A stretch of DNA of 63,918 nucleotides, counting the filler, from Octopus bimaculoides (taxonomy: Eukaryota): the NCBI RefSeq assembly GCF_001194135.2. It is 5 parts of 5 records of this genome, joined end to end, with 100 filler letters (N's around TTAATTAATTAA, not from the genome) between each part and the next. Parts side by side here need not be neighbours in the genome. Positions count along the whole stretch, not along the records: positions 58,751 to 63,918 come from NC_068984.1; 4 more parts are not named here. One strand, 5' to 3'. Positions 63,260 to 63,918 of the stretch are shown here, piece after piece. How positions within the stretch are numbered: the first letter of the stretch is position 1; the number at the start of each line of letters is the position of its first letter. A model generated the notes under the pieces. That model did not search any database, had not been told where the DNA came from, and worked only from the letters and a program-made list of their open reading frames with translations. Both the position numbers and the translations under genes were made by a program.

Positions 63260-63306
<47 letters not shown>

Positions 63307-63793
63307 CACACATATATATATCAATTTAAATAAGAGCTAAAAGATGATCCATTGTAAAAACGTTATAATGACCTATGATCATTTCGATGCAATATCCAGA
63401 CCGACTCATGCATATTATAAAATATGGAATATTGTATCTCTTCAGGATCAGATTAATTCATAGCAGACAGTAAAAACTGACAACATTTATAGTTGTCCTA
63501 GAATTACATGTATATAAACAAGTTGAAAAGATATGAAAAACTCACATGTGAGAATTTTGCTACGTTGATAGCAGATACAATATTTNNNNNNNNNNATATA
63601 TACACACACACATTCACACAAAAAATAATAACATACAGACATAAAACACCTGCGTTCACGTCTACATACGTACACATGCACACACACATATAAACATATG
63701 TATGTACGTACTCATACCTGCTCACACACACACATGTATATATATATGTGTGTGTGTATATATATATGTGTGTGCATATATATGTGTGTGTGC

Positions 63794-63840
<47 letters not shown>

Positions 63841-63918
63841 CACACATATATATATCAATTTAAATAAGAGCTAAAAGATGATCCATTGTAAAAACGTTAT
63901 AATGACCTATGATCATTT

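Noticed and set aside
929-63845. Most ORF-track entries (poly-YI, HT, CV, I, L, N or X-filled frames)
   Set aside because: They are translations of microsatellites and N gaps, not genes.
63057-63918. Near-exact ~320-bp duplication (63057-63379 versus 63596-63918) across a 10-N gap
   Set aside because: The pattern is typical of overlapping contig ends or haplotype redundancy.

Overview
AT-rich, microsatellite-dense eukaryotic draft scaffold with many N gaps. It is most likely a coleoid cephalopod (Octopus); this is my inference from composition and recognisable SINE families, not a database result. Only one convincing host gene is present: an intronless class A (rhodopsin-like) GPCR at 47430-48494 (-). 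The rest is a transposon graveyard: several tRNA-derived SINE families; LINE fragments (RTE, L1/Tx1-like, R4/Dong-like); a decayed Penelope-like (PLE) reverse transcriptase; mariner, Tc1, pogo and Tigger DNA transposons; a non-autonomous Helitron; and MITEs, several of them nested. The most interesting signal is a set of minimal type I hammerhead ribozyme (HHR) motifs of several distinct sequence families. They cluster around the PLE remnant (23.8-27.0 kb), sit inside (AT)n tracts, and occur in foldback structures. One occurs in a tRNA-headed SINE-like element present as a head-to-head palindromic pair. All folding and translation was done by eye. Coordinates of degenerate repeats are approximate.
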